This document shows positions 21,351 to 31,937 of a stretch of 64,000 nt of DNA, one piece after another. The position numbers and the translations under genes were made by a program. How positions within the stretch are numbered: the stretch's first letter is position 1; the number at the start of each line of letters is the position of its first letter. The stretch covers positions 310,001 to 374,000 of the forward strand of contig OW569344.1 in NCBI GenBank assembly GCA_937625935.1, written 5' to 3'. Origin of the DNA: Tetramitus jugosus (Eukaryota > Protista > Heterolobosea). The notes below the pieces were generated by a model. The model saw nothing but the letters and a program-made list of their open reading frames with translations, was not told the origin of the DNA and made no database searches.

Positions 21351-22823
21351 ATGAAGCTGTTCACCCCAAGAAAGCACAACGAAAATCACATCGTCGATCC
21401 AGTCTTTGACTCTTTCATCGATATCCCATTGAAGGAGAATACACCTCCACCATCTCCAGCAAAGAAGATTGCTCAATCTCCAGCTAAAGCGATCGCAAAG
21501 ATTCGCTCCTTGTCCAGGAGAGGTAGACGTCCATTTTCTGTCGCCTTGGCTCAAGCTGACAAATCCGAGAGAGAAGACGCCACATCATCTATGACTGAAT
21601 CCGAGAAACAAGATCTTCCTGTTGCAGACAGCATGCCAATCATTGAAGAAGGTTCAGCTTACTCTTTTGAACCTGTAGATTTTGATGAACTCTCAAAGCT
21701 TGGAATTCGAAGAGCTGATGATCCAACTGATGAAACTTGCTCTGCACCATCCTTTACTCCAAGAAACTTAAGCAACGATGTTGAATTCAGCAACATTGCT
21801 CTTGATCTCTCCACAGAAAACTCCACCCCATATGTCAAGAAAGTCTTGCAAAAGAAGGATCAAGAATTAGACAGTGAGAAGAAGTACGATGACTTTGTTA
21901 CTTTGAGTGACAGCTTGAAGTCTTCATTGTTTGGTGACTCTACTTTCAGTGATGTTCTTATCAAGTGCGGACCAAAGCTTGAACAATCTTTCTATTGCCA
22001 TAGAGTGATTCTAGCTTCTCGCTCCGAGTACTTCAAATCAGTCTTGAGCAACATTGACCACAGCAAGATCCAAAGAACTGATGGACTTAACTTCAGAATT
22101 GTAATCGAAAAGCCTCACTTCTCTGCTGAGACTTTCACAATTGTTCTTCAGTACATCTACTCTGGTTCAATTCAATTGAGCTGTGACAATGTTTTGGATG
22201 TTTTGGAACTTTCTGACGACTTGAAGTTGCACTGCCTGAAGAAGATCTGCACAAAGTATATTATTTTGAACATGGACTCCGACAACATGAGCATCATTAT
22301 GCAAATGAGCAGAAGATATCATGCACCAGAACTTACAAGAGCTGCTTTCATGTTCGTTGAGAAGACTAAGAATGTGATTCCTGTTTTGAGAAGTGAGTCC
22401 ATCTGCGAATTAACTGTACAGAATTTGATTGCTCTAATCAAGAGAGACAATCTCCCACTGACTAGCGATGAAGAAATCGAAGTTTTCGAAGCAGTCGTTC
22501 GATGGCACGAACACCAATGCACACTAAAGGAAGAAGGAAAGGAAGCTCCAGAGTATGATTTGAACGAAATCATGAAGAATGTTAGATTCCCATTGATGAG
22601 AACTGATCAACTCAGTGACACTGTTGAATGCAGTGGTCTTGTCGCCCAACCTCTCCTCTTCGAAGCTTACAGACACCACATTGTCCCAATTAGCAAGATG
22701 TCTGAGAACAAGAGAAAGAAGAACATTGACGAAGATCAAGGACTTGACCAGAAGGAGAAGGAATTGAAGAGCAGAAGATTCTGTCAAAGAGCTGGCATCA
22801 AATCATGCAGACAATCCAACTAA
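21351..22823 (+). CDS. BTB/POZ-BACK domain protein
   Basis: FSDVLIKCG...FYCHRVILASRSEYFK...FTIVLQYIYSG (BTB). EEIEVFEAVVRW...IMKNVRFPLM (BACK). No Kelch repeats. Confidence 0.9.
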   Translation: MKLFTPRKHNENHIVDPVFDSFIDIPLKENTPPPSPAKKIAQSPAKAIAKIRSLSRRGRRPFSVALAQADKSEREDATSSMTESEKQDLPVADSMPIIEEGSAYSFEPVDFDELSKLGIRRADDPTDETCSAPSFTPRNLSNDVEFSNIALDLSTENSTPYVKKVLQKKDQELDSEKKYDDFVTLSDSLKSSLFGDSTFSDVLIKCGPKLEQSFYCHRVILASRSEYFKSVLSNIDHSKIQRTDGLNFRIVIEKPHFSAETFTIVLQYIYSGSIQLSCDNVLDVLELSDDLKLHCLKKICTKYIILNMDSDNMSIIMQMSRRYHAPELTRAAFMFVEKTKNVIPVLRSESICELTVQNLIALIKRDNLPLTSDEEIEVFEAVVRWHEHQCTLKEEGKEAPEYDLNEIMKNVRFPLMRTDQLSDTVECSGLVAQPLLFEAYRHHIVPISKMSENKRKKNIDEDQGLDQKEKELKSRRFCQRAGIKSCRQSN

Positions 22824-23130
22824 CTCTGCCAGCCGCGAGAACAAACCTTTTTCCTCGTCCCTTGAACGATTGGAACAGCCAGGGCATTGTTGTACAGTAG
22901 CCCTCAAACTGATTGTTCATTCCCTGTTTGTTGTACCCACCACATACAACGAACAACCCACAAATAAATTTTTCATTTTACAGTAAATATCGATGTCGTG
23001 CAATTCCGATCTTGTTCCGCTCTGGACTGATGCAAATCGGAGAATGATGGTTCTGCGGAGAGAATAAAATCAAAGAAATTTTCGTCCCAACAAAACAAAA
23101 AACAACAATCACAAAAGAAAAAAACAAATC

Positions 23131-25401
23131 ATGTCATCATCATCGAACAACGGCAACGGCCTTGTCTATTCCAAGGTTGAAATCGAAAGAAACAAGATTC
23201 CTCTGCCAGTTGAAGGCAAGAGAAACATTCTCATCACAAGCTCTCTTCCCTATGTCAACAATGTGCCTCATCTAGGTAACATTATTGGAAGTTTGTTGAG
23301 TGGAGATGTGTATGCAAGATACTGCAAACAAAGAGGCTACAACACCATCTATATTTGTGGAACTGATGAGTATGGAACAGCCACTGAAACAAAAGCAATG
23401 GAGGAAAAGACGACTCCAATCGAAGTCTGTAACAAGTACTATGAGATTCATAAGCAAGTGTACGACTTTTTTGATCTAGAGTTTGACCACTTTGGTAGAA
23501 CAAGCACAGAGTATCAAACCAGAATTGCTCAAGACATTTTCCTGAAACTCTATAACAATGGTCTGTTGAAGGAGAAGACATTGGAACAGTTGTATGACCC
23601 TGTTTTGAACAAGTTTTTGGCCGATCGATTCGTCTATGGTACTTGTCCTCACTGCGGTTATGAGGATGCTGGTGGTGATCAGTGTGATCAATGCGGTAAG
23701 CTATTGAACGGAACTGAACTCATCAATCCAAAGTCAAGATTGTCTGATGCTGTTCCAGAATTGAAGCCTACTGAGCACATGTACTTGGATTTGCCAACAT
23801 TGCAAGCTCAAGTCGAAGAATGGTTCACAAAGTCAAGTGAAACAGGTAACTGGACAGCGATTGCAAACACAATTACTCAAACTTGGTTGAAGGGTGGACT
23901 GACTGACAGATGTATTACCCGTGATTTGAAGTGGGGTACTCCTGTTCCTCTTGAAAAGTTCGACGAGAAGGTGTTCTACGTGTGGTTCGATGCTCCAATC
24001 GGTTACATTTCTATCACTGCTGCTGCCACTGATGGTTGGGAGCAATGGTGGAAGAATCCAGACAATGTTGAACTTGTTCAATTCATGGGTAAGGACAATG
24101 TTCCATTCCACTCTGTTATTTTCCCTGCTTCTCTCATTGGAACCAAGGAAAATTGGACCACTGTCAACTCATTGAGCTCTACTGAGTACTTGAACTATGA
24201 GGATGGTAAGTTCTCAAAGAGAAAGGGTGTTGGTGTCTTTGGTGATCAAGCACAAGAAACTGGAATTCCAGCTGAAGTTTGGAGATACTACCTATTGACA
24301 AACAGACCAGAAAACTCTGATACTGTATTCTCTTGGGATGACTTCCAATCCAAGTTGAATAATGAATTGTTGGCAAACTTGGGCAACTTTGTAAATAGAG
24401 CCCTAAAGTTTGTTGCTGAAGAAAAGAACTTTGGCGGCATCATTCCTGAAAGAGCTGACTTGAGTGAAGCAGACAAAGAAGCTATCGATGAAATCAACAA
24501 GTTGATCAGCGAATATATTGCAGCATTTGAGAAGATCAAATTGAAGGAAGGATTGCATTTGTGTATGGCTGTGTCCAAGGTTGGTAATGCATTCTTGCAA
24601 GCTAACAAGCCATGGGAGTCGATTAAGACCGACAAGGCTAGATGTGGTACTGTTATGAATATTGCCATTCAAATTGTCAAGCTGTTGTCAGCTTTGCTCG
24701 AGCCATACATGCCTGCATTCTCCAAGAAGGTGAACCAACAATTGGATTTGACCTCGCAAGGAGTCAATCAGATTGAAGACACCTTTAATTTGGACGCTGT
24801 TCCTGCTGGACATAAGATTGGTGTGCCTGAAGTCTTGTTCCACAAGTTGGACAACGATAAGATGAAGGAGTTCAAGGTTAAGTACTCTGGAGGTGAAAAG
24901 TTTATTTTGGATTTGAGAGTTGGTGAGATTGAGAGCATTGAAGATCACCCAGATCCAACTGCCACCAAGCTCTACAAGATGCAAGTTAGAGTCGGAAAGA
25001 ACGAGACGAGACAAGTCATTGGTGGATTGAAGGAAGCTTATCCAAACAGAGAAGCCTTATTGAACAAGAAGGTCATCGTTGCATGCAACCTCAAGCACAG
25101 TAAGCCAAAGGGAGAAAGGAGTGAAGCAATGATTTTGGCAGCCAAGAGCGCATCTGGTGTCATGTCCATCCTCGAGCCAACTCAAGCTTGTGAAGCAGGT
25201 GTGACTCTCAAGCCAAAGGGAACCAAGTTGGAACCAGAAAAGGTTATTGCTCCAAAGCAGTTGCAAGGTGTCTTGAAGAATTTGAACATTGGTGAAGGTG
25301 GTTTTGCATGCTACAAGAACTCTCCACTAGGAATCGGTGTGAACAGTATCCCTGTCAAGCCTGAGAAATCTGAAATCGGTGTTGGATCACAAATCCTTTA
25401 G
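23131..25401 (+). CDS. MARS1: Cytoplasmic methionyl-tRNA synthetase with C-terminal OB-fold tRNA-binding domain
   Basis: LPYVNNVPHLGN, GTDEYGT, zinc knuckle CPHC...CDQC, YVWFDAPIGY, MGKDNVPFH, KFSKR. C-terminal LDLRVGEI...HP...SEAMILAA. Confidence 0.97.
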   Translation: MSSSSNNGNGLVYSKVEIERNKIPLPVEGKRNILITSSLPYVNNVPHLGNIIGSLLSGDVYARYCKQRGYNTIYICGTDEYGTATETKAMEEKTTPIEVCNKYYEIHKQVYDFFDLEFDHFGRTSTEYQTRIAQDIFLKLYNNGLLKEKTLEQLYDPVLNKFLADRFVYGTCPHCGYEDAGGDQCDQCGKLLNGTELINPKSRLSDAVPELKPTEHMYLDLPTLQAQVEEWFTKSSETGNWTAIANTITQTWLKGGLTDRCITRDLKWGTPVPLEKFDEKVFYVWFDAPIGYISITAAATDGWEQWWKNPDNVELVQFMGKDNVPFHSVIFPASLIGTKENWTTVNSLSSTEYLNYEDGKFSKRKGVGVFGDQAQETGIPAEVWRYYLLTNRPENSDTVFSWDDFQSKLNNELLANLGNFVNRALKFVAEEKNFGGIIPERADLSEADKEAIDEINKLISEYIAAFEKIKLKEGLHLCMAVSKVGNAFLQANKPWESIKTDKARCGTVMNIAIQIVKLLSALLEPYMPAFSKKVNQQLDLTSQGVNQIEDTFNLDAVPAGHKIGVPEVLFHKLDNDKMKEFKVKYSGGEKFILDLRVGEIESIEDHPDPTATKLYKMQVRVGKNETRQVIGGLKEAYPNREALLNKKVIVACNLKHSKPKGERSEAMILAAKSASGVMSILEPTQACEAGVTLKPKGTKLEPEKVIAPKQLQGVLKNLNIGEGGFACYKNSPLGIGVNSIPVKPEKSEIGVGSQIL

Positions 25402-25482
25402 ATGAACCTTTATAAATTTTCTCCGTTATTGAATTCAACAGGACATTTCGCTCGAAGAAAAACACATTTCATCACCACAACA

Positions 25483-26514
25483 ATGGACAAGAATTCTTTG
25501 GGAAGTGACATTGGTCTCTCTGTATTGAACAGTGCTATCATACTGCTTGCTTCCTCAGTGTTGCTCACCGAAGTTGCTCTCAAACCGTTTATTCAACACT
25601 TTTTGCCTCAGAAACGGTTTTCGATGCACCGAGGCTTCATTCTCACTTTCTCATGCTTTGCCATCCTGTATTCTGTATTTGAGTTGGCATCTGAGGCGAT
25701 GAGTATTGTGTCTAGTCGCAGAAACTATGTTCTGGACAACCATCGATCCTTTTTTGCTGTTCAAAGGTCGATCAATGGTTTCATGGCTACCTGTTTGATT
25801 GCCCTGTGTGTCCTATTGTTTTATTATACCTCTTTGACTGCATTGAGAGCCAAAGTGTACATGTTTGGTTCTGTGATGAATGAGGAAACATTGAGTCGAT
25901 GGATCGGAATCAAGGGTGTGTTGGTTATTCTGACCAGTGTAGTCTGTTTGTTGATACTGTGTGTCAACACTGCTCAAGTGGTTATTATTGCAAAGAAGGA
26001 TAGGATCACGGACGCTGTGTTATCTATTCAAATTGTCTTGTGCTTGCTGTTCTTTGTGCCAGTATTGTTGGTCATGTCTGCTGCCATTACTTGTTCTTAC
26101 AATGTATTGCGAGCAAAGTCCAAGAATCGTGATGGTATCAACTCATATGGAGACGATGTGGAGGAGCAACAAGATGAGGAAACAATTCGAGCAAGACAGC
26201 ACAGCTTTGCATACATGGTCATTTCGACACTTCTCATGTTCAGAATGGGTTTGTCAATGCTTCATGAGCTCATGTTCCTGTTGAACTATAGTGGAGCAGT
26301 TCATGAGACTGCTGGGTTGATTGTTTCAGATTGGTTGGACAGTGTCGTTCATTTTGCTTGTATTGCCTTCTTTGTTCTCTCCTATTACAATCCATTGACA
26401 CCGTACGACAAGAAAGCACCACTGTCCACTTCTGTGGCCACACACGAATATGACAACCGCAGCTCCAATGAAGCTTCTACCCTAGAACCTAACTTTTACC
26501 AACAACAGCTATAA
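25483..26514 (+). CDS. Seven-transmembrane (GPCR-like) membrane protein
   Basis: About 7 hydrophobic helices, an acidic loop between TM5 and TM6, and a polar C-terminal tail. No recognisable family motif. Confidence 0.6.
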   Translation: MDKNSLGSDIGLSVLNSAIILLASSVLLTEVALKPFIQHFLPQKRFSMHRGFILTFSCFAILYSVFELASEAMSIVSSRRNYVLDNHRSFFAVQRSINGFMATCLIALCVLLFYYTSLTALRAKVYMFGSVMNEETLSRWIGIKGVLVILTSVVCLLILCVNTAQVVIIAKKDRITDAVLSIQIVLCLLFFVPVLLVMSAAITCSYNVLRAKSKNRDGINSYGDDVEEQQDEETIRARQHSFAYMVISTLLMFRMGLSMLHELMFLLNYSGAVHETAGLIVSDWLDSVVHFACIAFFVLSYYNPLTPYDKKAPLSTSVATHEYDNRSSNEASTLEPNFYQQQL

Positions 26515-26729
26515 AGTAAAGCTTCGATAGTCTCCAGCTGTTGTTGCTGTTATCCTCTGTCGAGTGTCCATTCAAATGTCATGTCGCGAGGCAGCCGCCG
26601 AAAATCACAAACGCAAACTTTGGGGGAACTCACACAAGGAAATCCGTCTCCCCACCAAACAAAAACAAACACACGTTATACCAACCTTGACATCTACTGT
26701 TCTCACACAGAAACAATTTGTAAGAAAAA

Positions 26730-27287
26730 ATGTCTGACAGTTACGCAGCCTTCCAAGATGGTGACGCAGGTGATTTGCGCATCATTGTTCGTTCAGACAA
26801 GAAAAAATCAGCATTGGCCGTGTTGGACACACTGGTCGTTGTCGTCAGTGTCATTCTGTTGCTCTTTGGTGGTTCCATATTGCTTGCTGGACTGTTGAAA
26901 ATCAAAAACTATGACACCAAGGACCAACCACAGAAGCAAATTGTGATTCATCGATTGTTGTGGGGCTCTTTTGCTGCAGGAGGCGTCGCAGCCATTGTCA
27001 GTGCAGTGTTTGGAGGATTGTCCGTTGCTCTGTATCACAAGAAGATTGTCTTGTTGAGACAGATTGCATCGATTGCCATGATTATTGGAGTGATTGCGTT
27101 GGCTGTGTTGAATTTGATTAGTGTTATCATAAGAGGTGTTCAGCTGTTTCAAGCGGGTACCAAGGCGAGCAAAACAAAGGGAATTGTTTGGTTTTCTGCA
27201 GGCTTTGGATTCATTGTCCTGTATGAGGGCGGTGTCATTCTGTTGTTGATTGTACGTTTTCTATTGAATCGTAAATGGAAAAAGTAA
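26730..27287 (+). CDS. Small four-transmembrane protein
   Basis: 185-aa ORF with four hydrophobic segments and basic termini. Confidence 0.7.
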   Translation: MSDSYAAFQDGDAGDLRIIVRSDKKKSALAVLDTLVVVVSVILLLFGGSILLAGLLKIKNYDTKDQPQKQIVIHRLLWGSFAAGGVAAIVSAVFGGLSVALYHKKIVLLRQIASIAMIIGVIALAVLNLISVIIRGVQLFQAGTKASKTKGIVWFSAGFGFIVLYEGGVILLLIVRFLLNRKWKK

Positions 27288-27640
27288 TGTTGTCTGAGAT
27301 CTCTAGCTTTGCTGTTTCTAGCATTGTAGCTTCATCAGGACATCTGGCACAGCCTCCATTGTATTTCACCACACAAATAAAAATTTTTGCAAACTCCGGT
27401 GTAGATGGCGATCGAGTGGACTACAACAACAACTTCAAGGCAGAGATGGCACAAGTCCCCTACCTACATGTATGCACACCTTACTTGTGACCAAGATGGT
27501 TGATCTTGCAACATCCACCACATCGAGGCCACACGCGTGGTTCATGTTCATCAATCAACTTGAACGTTCAATGTGAAAAATGAGACGAGCATTTTGAAGA
27601 AAACTCCAACAACAAGCAACAACAATAAAACGAACGAGCC

Positions 27641-30142
27641 ATGAGTACAACTGACGAAATTGCCACCGTATCATTCATTGACTACATTCAATCCATCCAA
27701 TCAGATTCAGTCAAATGGTCATACTATGCTTCGAAAGAACATGTGGAAGAACTTCAAGAAACCAGTAATCCAAGTCGTAAATCAACCAATGATGTCATTG
27801 AGAATGATTTGATTGAACCGTTGAATCAATGTCTATTGTACGTGGATCATTTCCCATCCATTGTGATCCCCTTTGTCGCAAGACACTTGAGACTCATTAC
27901 GTCGTATGCGCGCAATGTGACTCATCGATCAGCCTTTCACGAACACATTCCCCGATTGATTCAATTGACGTTTGATCAATTGGTATCGATGGCTGTGGTG
28001 CGATCGAGAAACAGCAGTCAATCGGATCAACGACATCTGATGATTGATGCTGATGCACTAGAGGAGTTGAAGATTGAAATCTTGAAATTCATGTATCGTT
28101 TGACTCAAAACTATCAGCAATCTCTGCCTCATCAAGTCTTGTCCCAATTCTTGAACGATTTTGTGTACGGAGAGTTTTCTTTGATTGAACATCGAGTGAA
28201 ACCTGAGAGCACAATGGAGCACATAACGCTTGGAATGTGCATTGATTTGTGTAGAATTTTGTGCTCTCATTCTCAATTATCAAAGTACGTGGATGAACCA
28301 ATGGTCATGCTGCATCACACAATGAAGATTGTGCAATTTAATCATGTTCATCACAGTTTGACAGAGTCTGAATTGGCAGAGTGCATTCAACTGTTGGCTC
28401 ATTGCTCATTTGTTGATCTTCCACAAAAGAGATCCTATCATTTTGTGAAGCGAATGAAAGAAACTGCATCCGCGAGAGATACAAGAAGCAATGATGGAGC
28501 AAAGAATCTACAACTAGATGTCGATTTAATTTTGAACATTGTAGATATTTTATTCGAGTTCTTCGACAAGTATACGATTGGTACACACGAGTTAGCACCT
28601 GAAGAAATTCCTTATCTTGACTTTGCTGCTTATGGACTCATTTATTTGTGTGCCATTCTTGGCGTTCCACAGACAGATGCTGCCCATGAGAGAGTGAGCA
28701 ACAGAATAACGACGAAATGTTGTGACCTGTTGAGAAATTTTGTTCAGAACAAGATGACAAAGCAGATTAGGCAACAGATTCTGTCTCTTTTGAAGATTGT
28801 CAGAAAACATCTGCAGTATAACAAGATATCGAATTCTTATCTGAGAAATATTGAGCAATCTGTAACTGAGATATATGTCAATGCTTTCGCTGCTAATAAG
28901 AGCGTTTACAAATCAAAAGTACATGCTGGCGTGATCAAGATGCTAGCGGCCTTGATTTTGCAGGATGACACAATGTCTGAATCGCGTCAAAACTTGATCA
29001 ATATAGTTGCCAAGAATGACTCGAACAACTCATACAGACTGGTGGCCGTTCAAATGGCCTGTGTTGCATTGCACAAATCAAGCTCTCCAAGGAATGATTT
29101 ACAAAACCTGTTGACCACTACTCTCGCTGAATTGATGGGACCAATTTATCAAATCAAATCCCTTCCTCAGTCTACGAAGTTTACCAAGACTCAAGTATCA
29201 ACCCTATTGGGCCATATTGAGTCCCTCCTCTTCACAGCCACTCAATTCCAACCTGAGTTGATTCCTTCATGTATTGAAATTGTTGCTGGAGGTTTGGTAT
29301 ATCTAATCAAGAATAGTCCAATCGCTCTTGGTCTATACAGCTTCGATGCATATCTATATCTATGTAAGACATTGAATTCTGAGCAATTGAAACAAGCTCA
29401 GTTTTCCGAGCTCGTCCTGTTTATCCATCAACTGTTGACAAATGGATTGCAAGAGCATGACAAGGTTAAGTTACAAACAGGTAAGAAGGAAAAGAATGTC
29501 GATCTGGATGTAGAGAGCGATCTTGTTTTTGCAAGTTTGGAATTTGTAAGAACCCTTGCTGCAGAATCAAGGTTCTTCTTGTCTGAAGTAGAAGTAGTTC
29601 AAATGTTGATTGATTGTTGTTGCAATAGAGTCATCAAGGAAGTTGTGTACGAAATGGACGAAGGAGAACGAATTGAGGAAGCTCTTACATTGAAGCATCT
29701 CATTAATGGACTTCTTTTGCACTCTGTGCTTCCTGAAAATGATAGCATCAAACTTGTTGGACACATTGCCTCCACGTACTTGCAAGCGTTGCTTGTGCAC
29801 ATGAATGCATTCCAGTTGCAAGCCTGTCAGGTGCTGTCACAAGAGTTGCTCAACCTCATTCGTGATCACAATGATTACGTGACCAAATTCCTTTCTGCCC
29901 TACCAGAGTCACAGAAGAAGGTTTTGGTTGCAAGCAGTCAGCGGTTGACCACTGTGATCGAAAGCATGAAGAATAACATGCAGAAGGCTTCTGAAGAGAA
30001 TCAATATGAAGGCGACGAAGACTACTTTGATGACGAAATCTATAGTACTGGCGAAGAATTGAGCGAAGAAGACAACATGAAACAACTGGAATCCACTGTC
30101 ACTGAACTATCGGCTCAACTGTTGTCATTGTCCAGCCAATAA
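27641..30142 (+). CDS. Uncharacterised 833-aa helical (HEAT/ARM-like) protein with acidic tail
   Basis: Long uninterrupted ORF with a leucine-rich amphipathic helix pattern. AATAAA overlaps the stop. Confidence 0.7.
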   Translation: MSTTDEIATVSFIDYIQSIQSDSVKWSYYASKEHVEELQETSNPSRKSTNDVIENDLIEPLNQCLLYVDHFPSIVIPFVARHLRLITSYARNVTHRSAFHEHIPRLIQLTFDQLVSMAVVRSRNSSQSDQRHLMIDADALEELKIEILKFMYRLTQNYQQSLPHQVLSQFLNDFVYGEFSLIEHRVKPESTMEHITLGMCIDLCRILCSHSQLSKYVDEPMVMLHHTMKIVQFNHVHHSLTESELAECIQLLAHCSFVDLPQKRSYHFVKRMKETASARDTRSNDGAKNLQLDVDLILNIVDILFEFFDKYTIGTHELAPEEIPYLDFAAYGLIYLCAILGVPQTDAAHERVSNRITTKCCDLLRNFVQNKMTKQIRQQILSLLKIVRKHLQYNKISNSYLRNIEQSVTEIYVNAFAANKSVYKSKVHAGVIKMLAALILQDDTMSESRQNLINIVAKNDSNNSYRLVAVQMACVALHKSSSPRNDLQNLLTTTLAELMGPIYQIKSLPQSTKFTKTQVSTLLGHIESLLFTATQFQPELIPSCIEIVAGGLVYLIKNSPIALGLYSFDAYLYLCKTLNSEQLKQAQFSELVLFIHQLLTNGLQEHDKVKLQTGKKEKNVDLDVESDLVFASLEFVRTLAAESRFFLSEVEVVQMLIDCCCNRVIKEVVYEMDEGERIEEALTLKHLINGLLLHSVLPENDSIKLVGHIASTYLQALLVHMNAFQLQACQVLSQELLNLIRDHNDYVTKFLSALPESQKKVLVASSQRLTTVIESMKNNMQKASEENQYEGDEDYFDDEIYSTGEELSEEDNMKQLESTVTELSAQLLSLSSQ

Positions 30143-30298
30143 AAACCAGAGAGCTCTTTGCAATTCCATTGAACACATCGGAGAAAAGGACACATTCAAC
30201 TTGTGTGAACTTTCTGAACAAAACACAATTTGAATTTCACATTCACCCACAGTGAGAGAAGTCTAGCGAATTGTTGAATGATATCTATCTGAAGAAGA

Positions 30299-31888
30299 AT
30301 GATGAAACATCACCGAATCGCATCATCACAACTACGTACGTTGTTGTTGTTGAAGAATAGCAACCAATCATCCTTGCAAAACAAGTTTGTGCGCAGGTGC
30401 ATTCACATCTCACACAATCATCTCACAAGTGCAGATGACAAGTCCAATCTCAACATGATTCATGAACAAGTTGAACGAGCCATTGATTTGATGCTAAAGA
30501 CGCACAAGAAGACCAAAGCAAGTGAATTGACAATCACTTGTTGCATGAGTGGTGGAATTGACTCTACTGTTACAGCATTGCTACTGCAAGAGGCAGGTGT
30601 TCGCATAAGATCACTGTTTATGAGCAATTGGGATGCAAGAGGAGAGGAGAACTCATCGGACAATGCACAGGAAATGTGTGAGAGTGTTCGATTGGATTGG
30701 CAAGATGTGAAAACAGTGTGTTCTCAATTCCATATTCCTCATTTTCATGAGGCGTTGTCTCCAGTGGTCAGTAGTAGTAGTGGTGATTCGTCGTCTTCTT
30801 CCTCTCCATCGAGTAATGCAAGACCTGTGCGATTTATTGAAGAGTACTGGAATCATGTGTTTCAAAAGATGATTGAGGGATATGAGCACGGTGTGACACC
30901 GAATCCAGATTTGTTGTGCAACAAACACATCAAGTTCAATGCCCTGTTCAAGTATTTGGACAAGATGGACACAGAGAGAGATCATGACAGTTTAATTGCC
31001 ACGGGTCACTATGCCCAATTAGGTTTAAAACCACTGAACAATGATCCAACCAATCATACGGTTCATCTGTTGAGAGCCAAAGATTTAACAAAGGACCAAA
31101 CCTTCTTTCTAGCACAAGTAGATCCGAAAGTGTTCAGGCAGACGATATTCCCCCTTGGTGGATTGATCAAGAAGACTCAAGTGAAGGACTTGTTAGCCAA
31201 GAGATATTACAAATTGCCTGAACGCATAGCATCAAAGAAAGAAAGCATGGGTATTTGTTTCGTTGGTAAAAGAAAGAGGTTTAGTGATTTCTTGGCGGAT
31301 TATATTGAGCCTAAGCCTGGTCCTGTCTTAACTATATCCGGCAGCGCATCTAATGTTGTCGAGCATAGCAAGGCATTCAAGACCGAACTTTTGTCTAAGT
31401 GGGGCTCTCAATTGGCTGCAAATCAACACCAAAAACTAGTGGGTCATCACAATGGAACATCATTCTACACCATTGGACAAACCTATCGCCTATCTGGCAG
31501 CAAGGAGAAACTGCACGTCTGTGCCAAAGATCACGAGAATAACATCGTGTATGTTGCTGGGGCGTCAAATAGTCACCAGTATTTGGATCTACCTACTTTC
31601 AATACCTATGATGCACACTGGCTCGTTCCAGACATCCAAAAGCTGCTGTCCAGTAATATTCCATTATCAACAAAGATAAGACACGCTGAGCACATTCCTC
31701 AGCCATGTAAGTTGCAGTCTGTTGAGAACAAAAACTCCTTGGTGGTGGAGGCTGAAGGTGATACAGTTTTCAATTGTGTGGCCCCTGGTCAAACAGCGGT
31801 ATTCTACGCCAAGGATGAAGCATTCGAAGACCTCGTGTGTGTAGGCTCAGCCATCATTACAGACAAAGGTCATAATGTAAACAAATAA
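30299..31888 (+). CDS. TRMU: Mitochondrial tRNA 2-thiouridylase MnmA/TRMU
   Basis: MSGGIDS PP-loop, TPNPDLLCNKHIKF, ATGHYA, KDQTFFL, ESMGICFVG, YTIGQ, APGQTAVFY. Presequence-like N-terminus. Confidence 0.95.
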   Translation: MMKHHRIASSQLRTLLLLKNSNQSSLQNKFVRRCIHISHNHLTSADDKSNLNMIHEQVERAIDLMLKTHKKTKASELTITCCMSGGIDSTVTALLLQEAGVRIRSLFMSNWDARGEENSSDNAQEMCESVRLDWQDVKTVCSQFHIPHFHEALSPVVSSSSGDSSSSSSPSSNARPVRFIEEYWNHVFQKMIEGYEHGVTPNPDLLCNKHIKFNALFKYLDKMDTERDHDSLIATGHYAQLGLKPLNNDPTNHTVHLLRAKDLTKDQTFFLAQVDPKVFRQTIFPLGGLIKKTQVKDLLAKRYYKLPERIASKKESMGICFVGKRKRFSDFLADYIEPKPGPVLTISGSASNVVEHSKAFKTELLSKWGSQLAANQHQKLVGHHNGTSFYTIGQTYRLSGSKEKLHVCAKDHENNIVYVAGASNSHQYLDLPTFNTYDAHWLVPDIQKLLSSNIPLSTKIRHAEHIPQPCKLQSVENKNSLVVEAEGDTVFNCVAPGQTAVFYAKDEAFEDLVCVGSAIITDKGHNVNK

Positions 31889-31937
31889 TTAGCATTTTAT
31901 CTATTTTACACTTCTAGTCGTAATGTGTGGTGCAATC

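Noticed and set aside
27390-27560. Coding-like stretch between the 4TM gene and the 833-aa ORF
   Set aside because: All frames are short and I could not build a supported spliced model or recognise a family.
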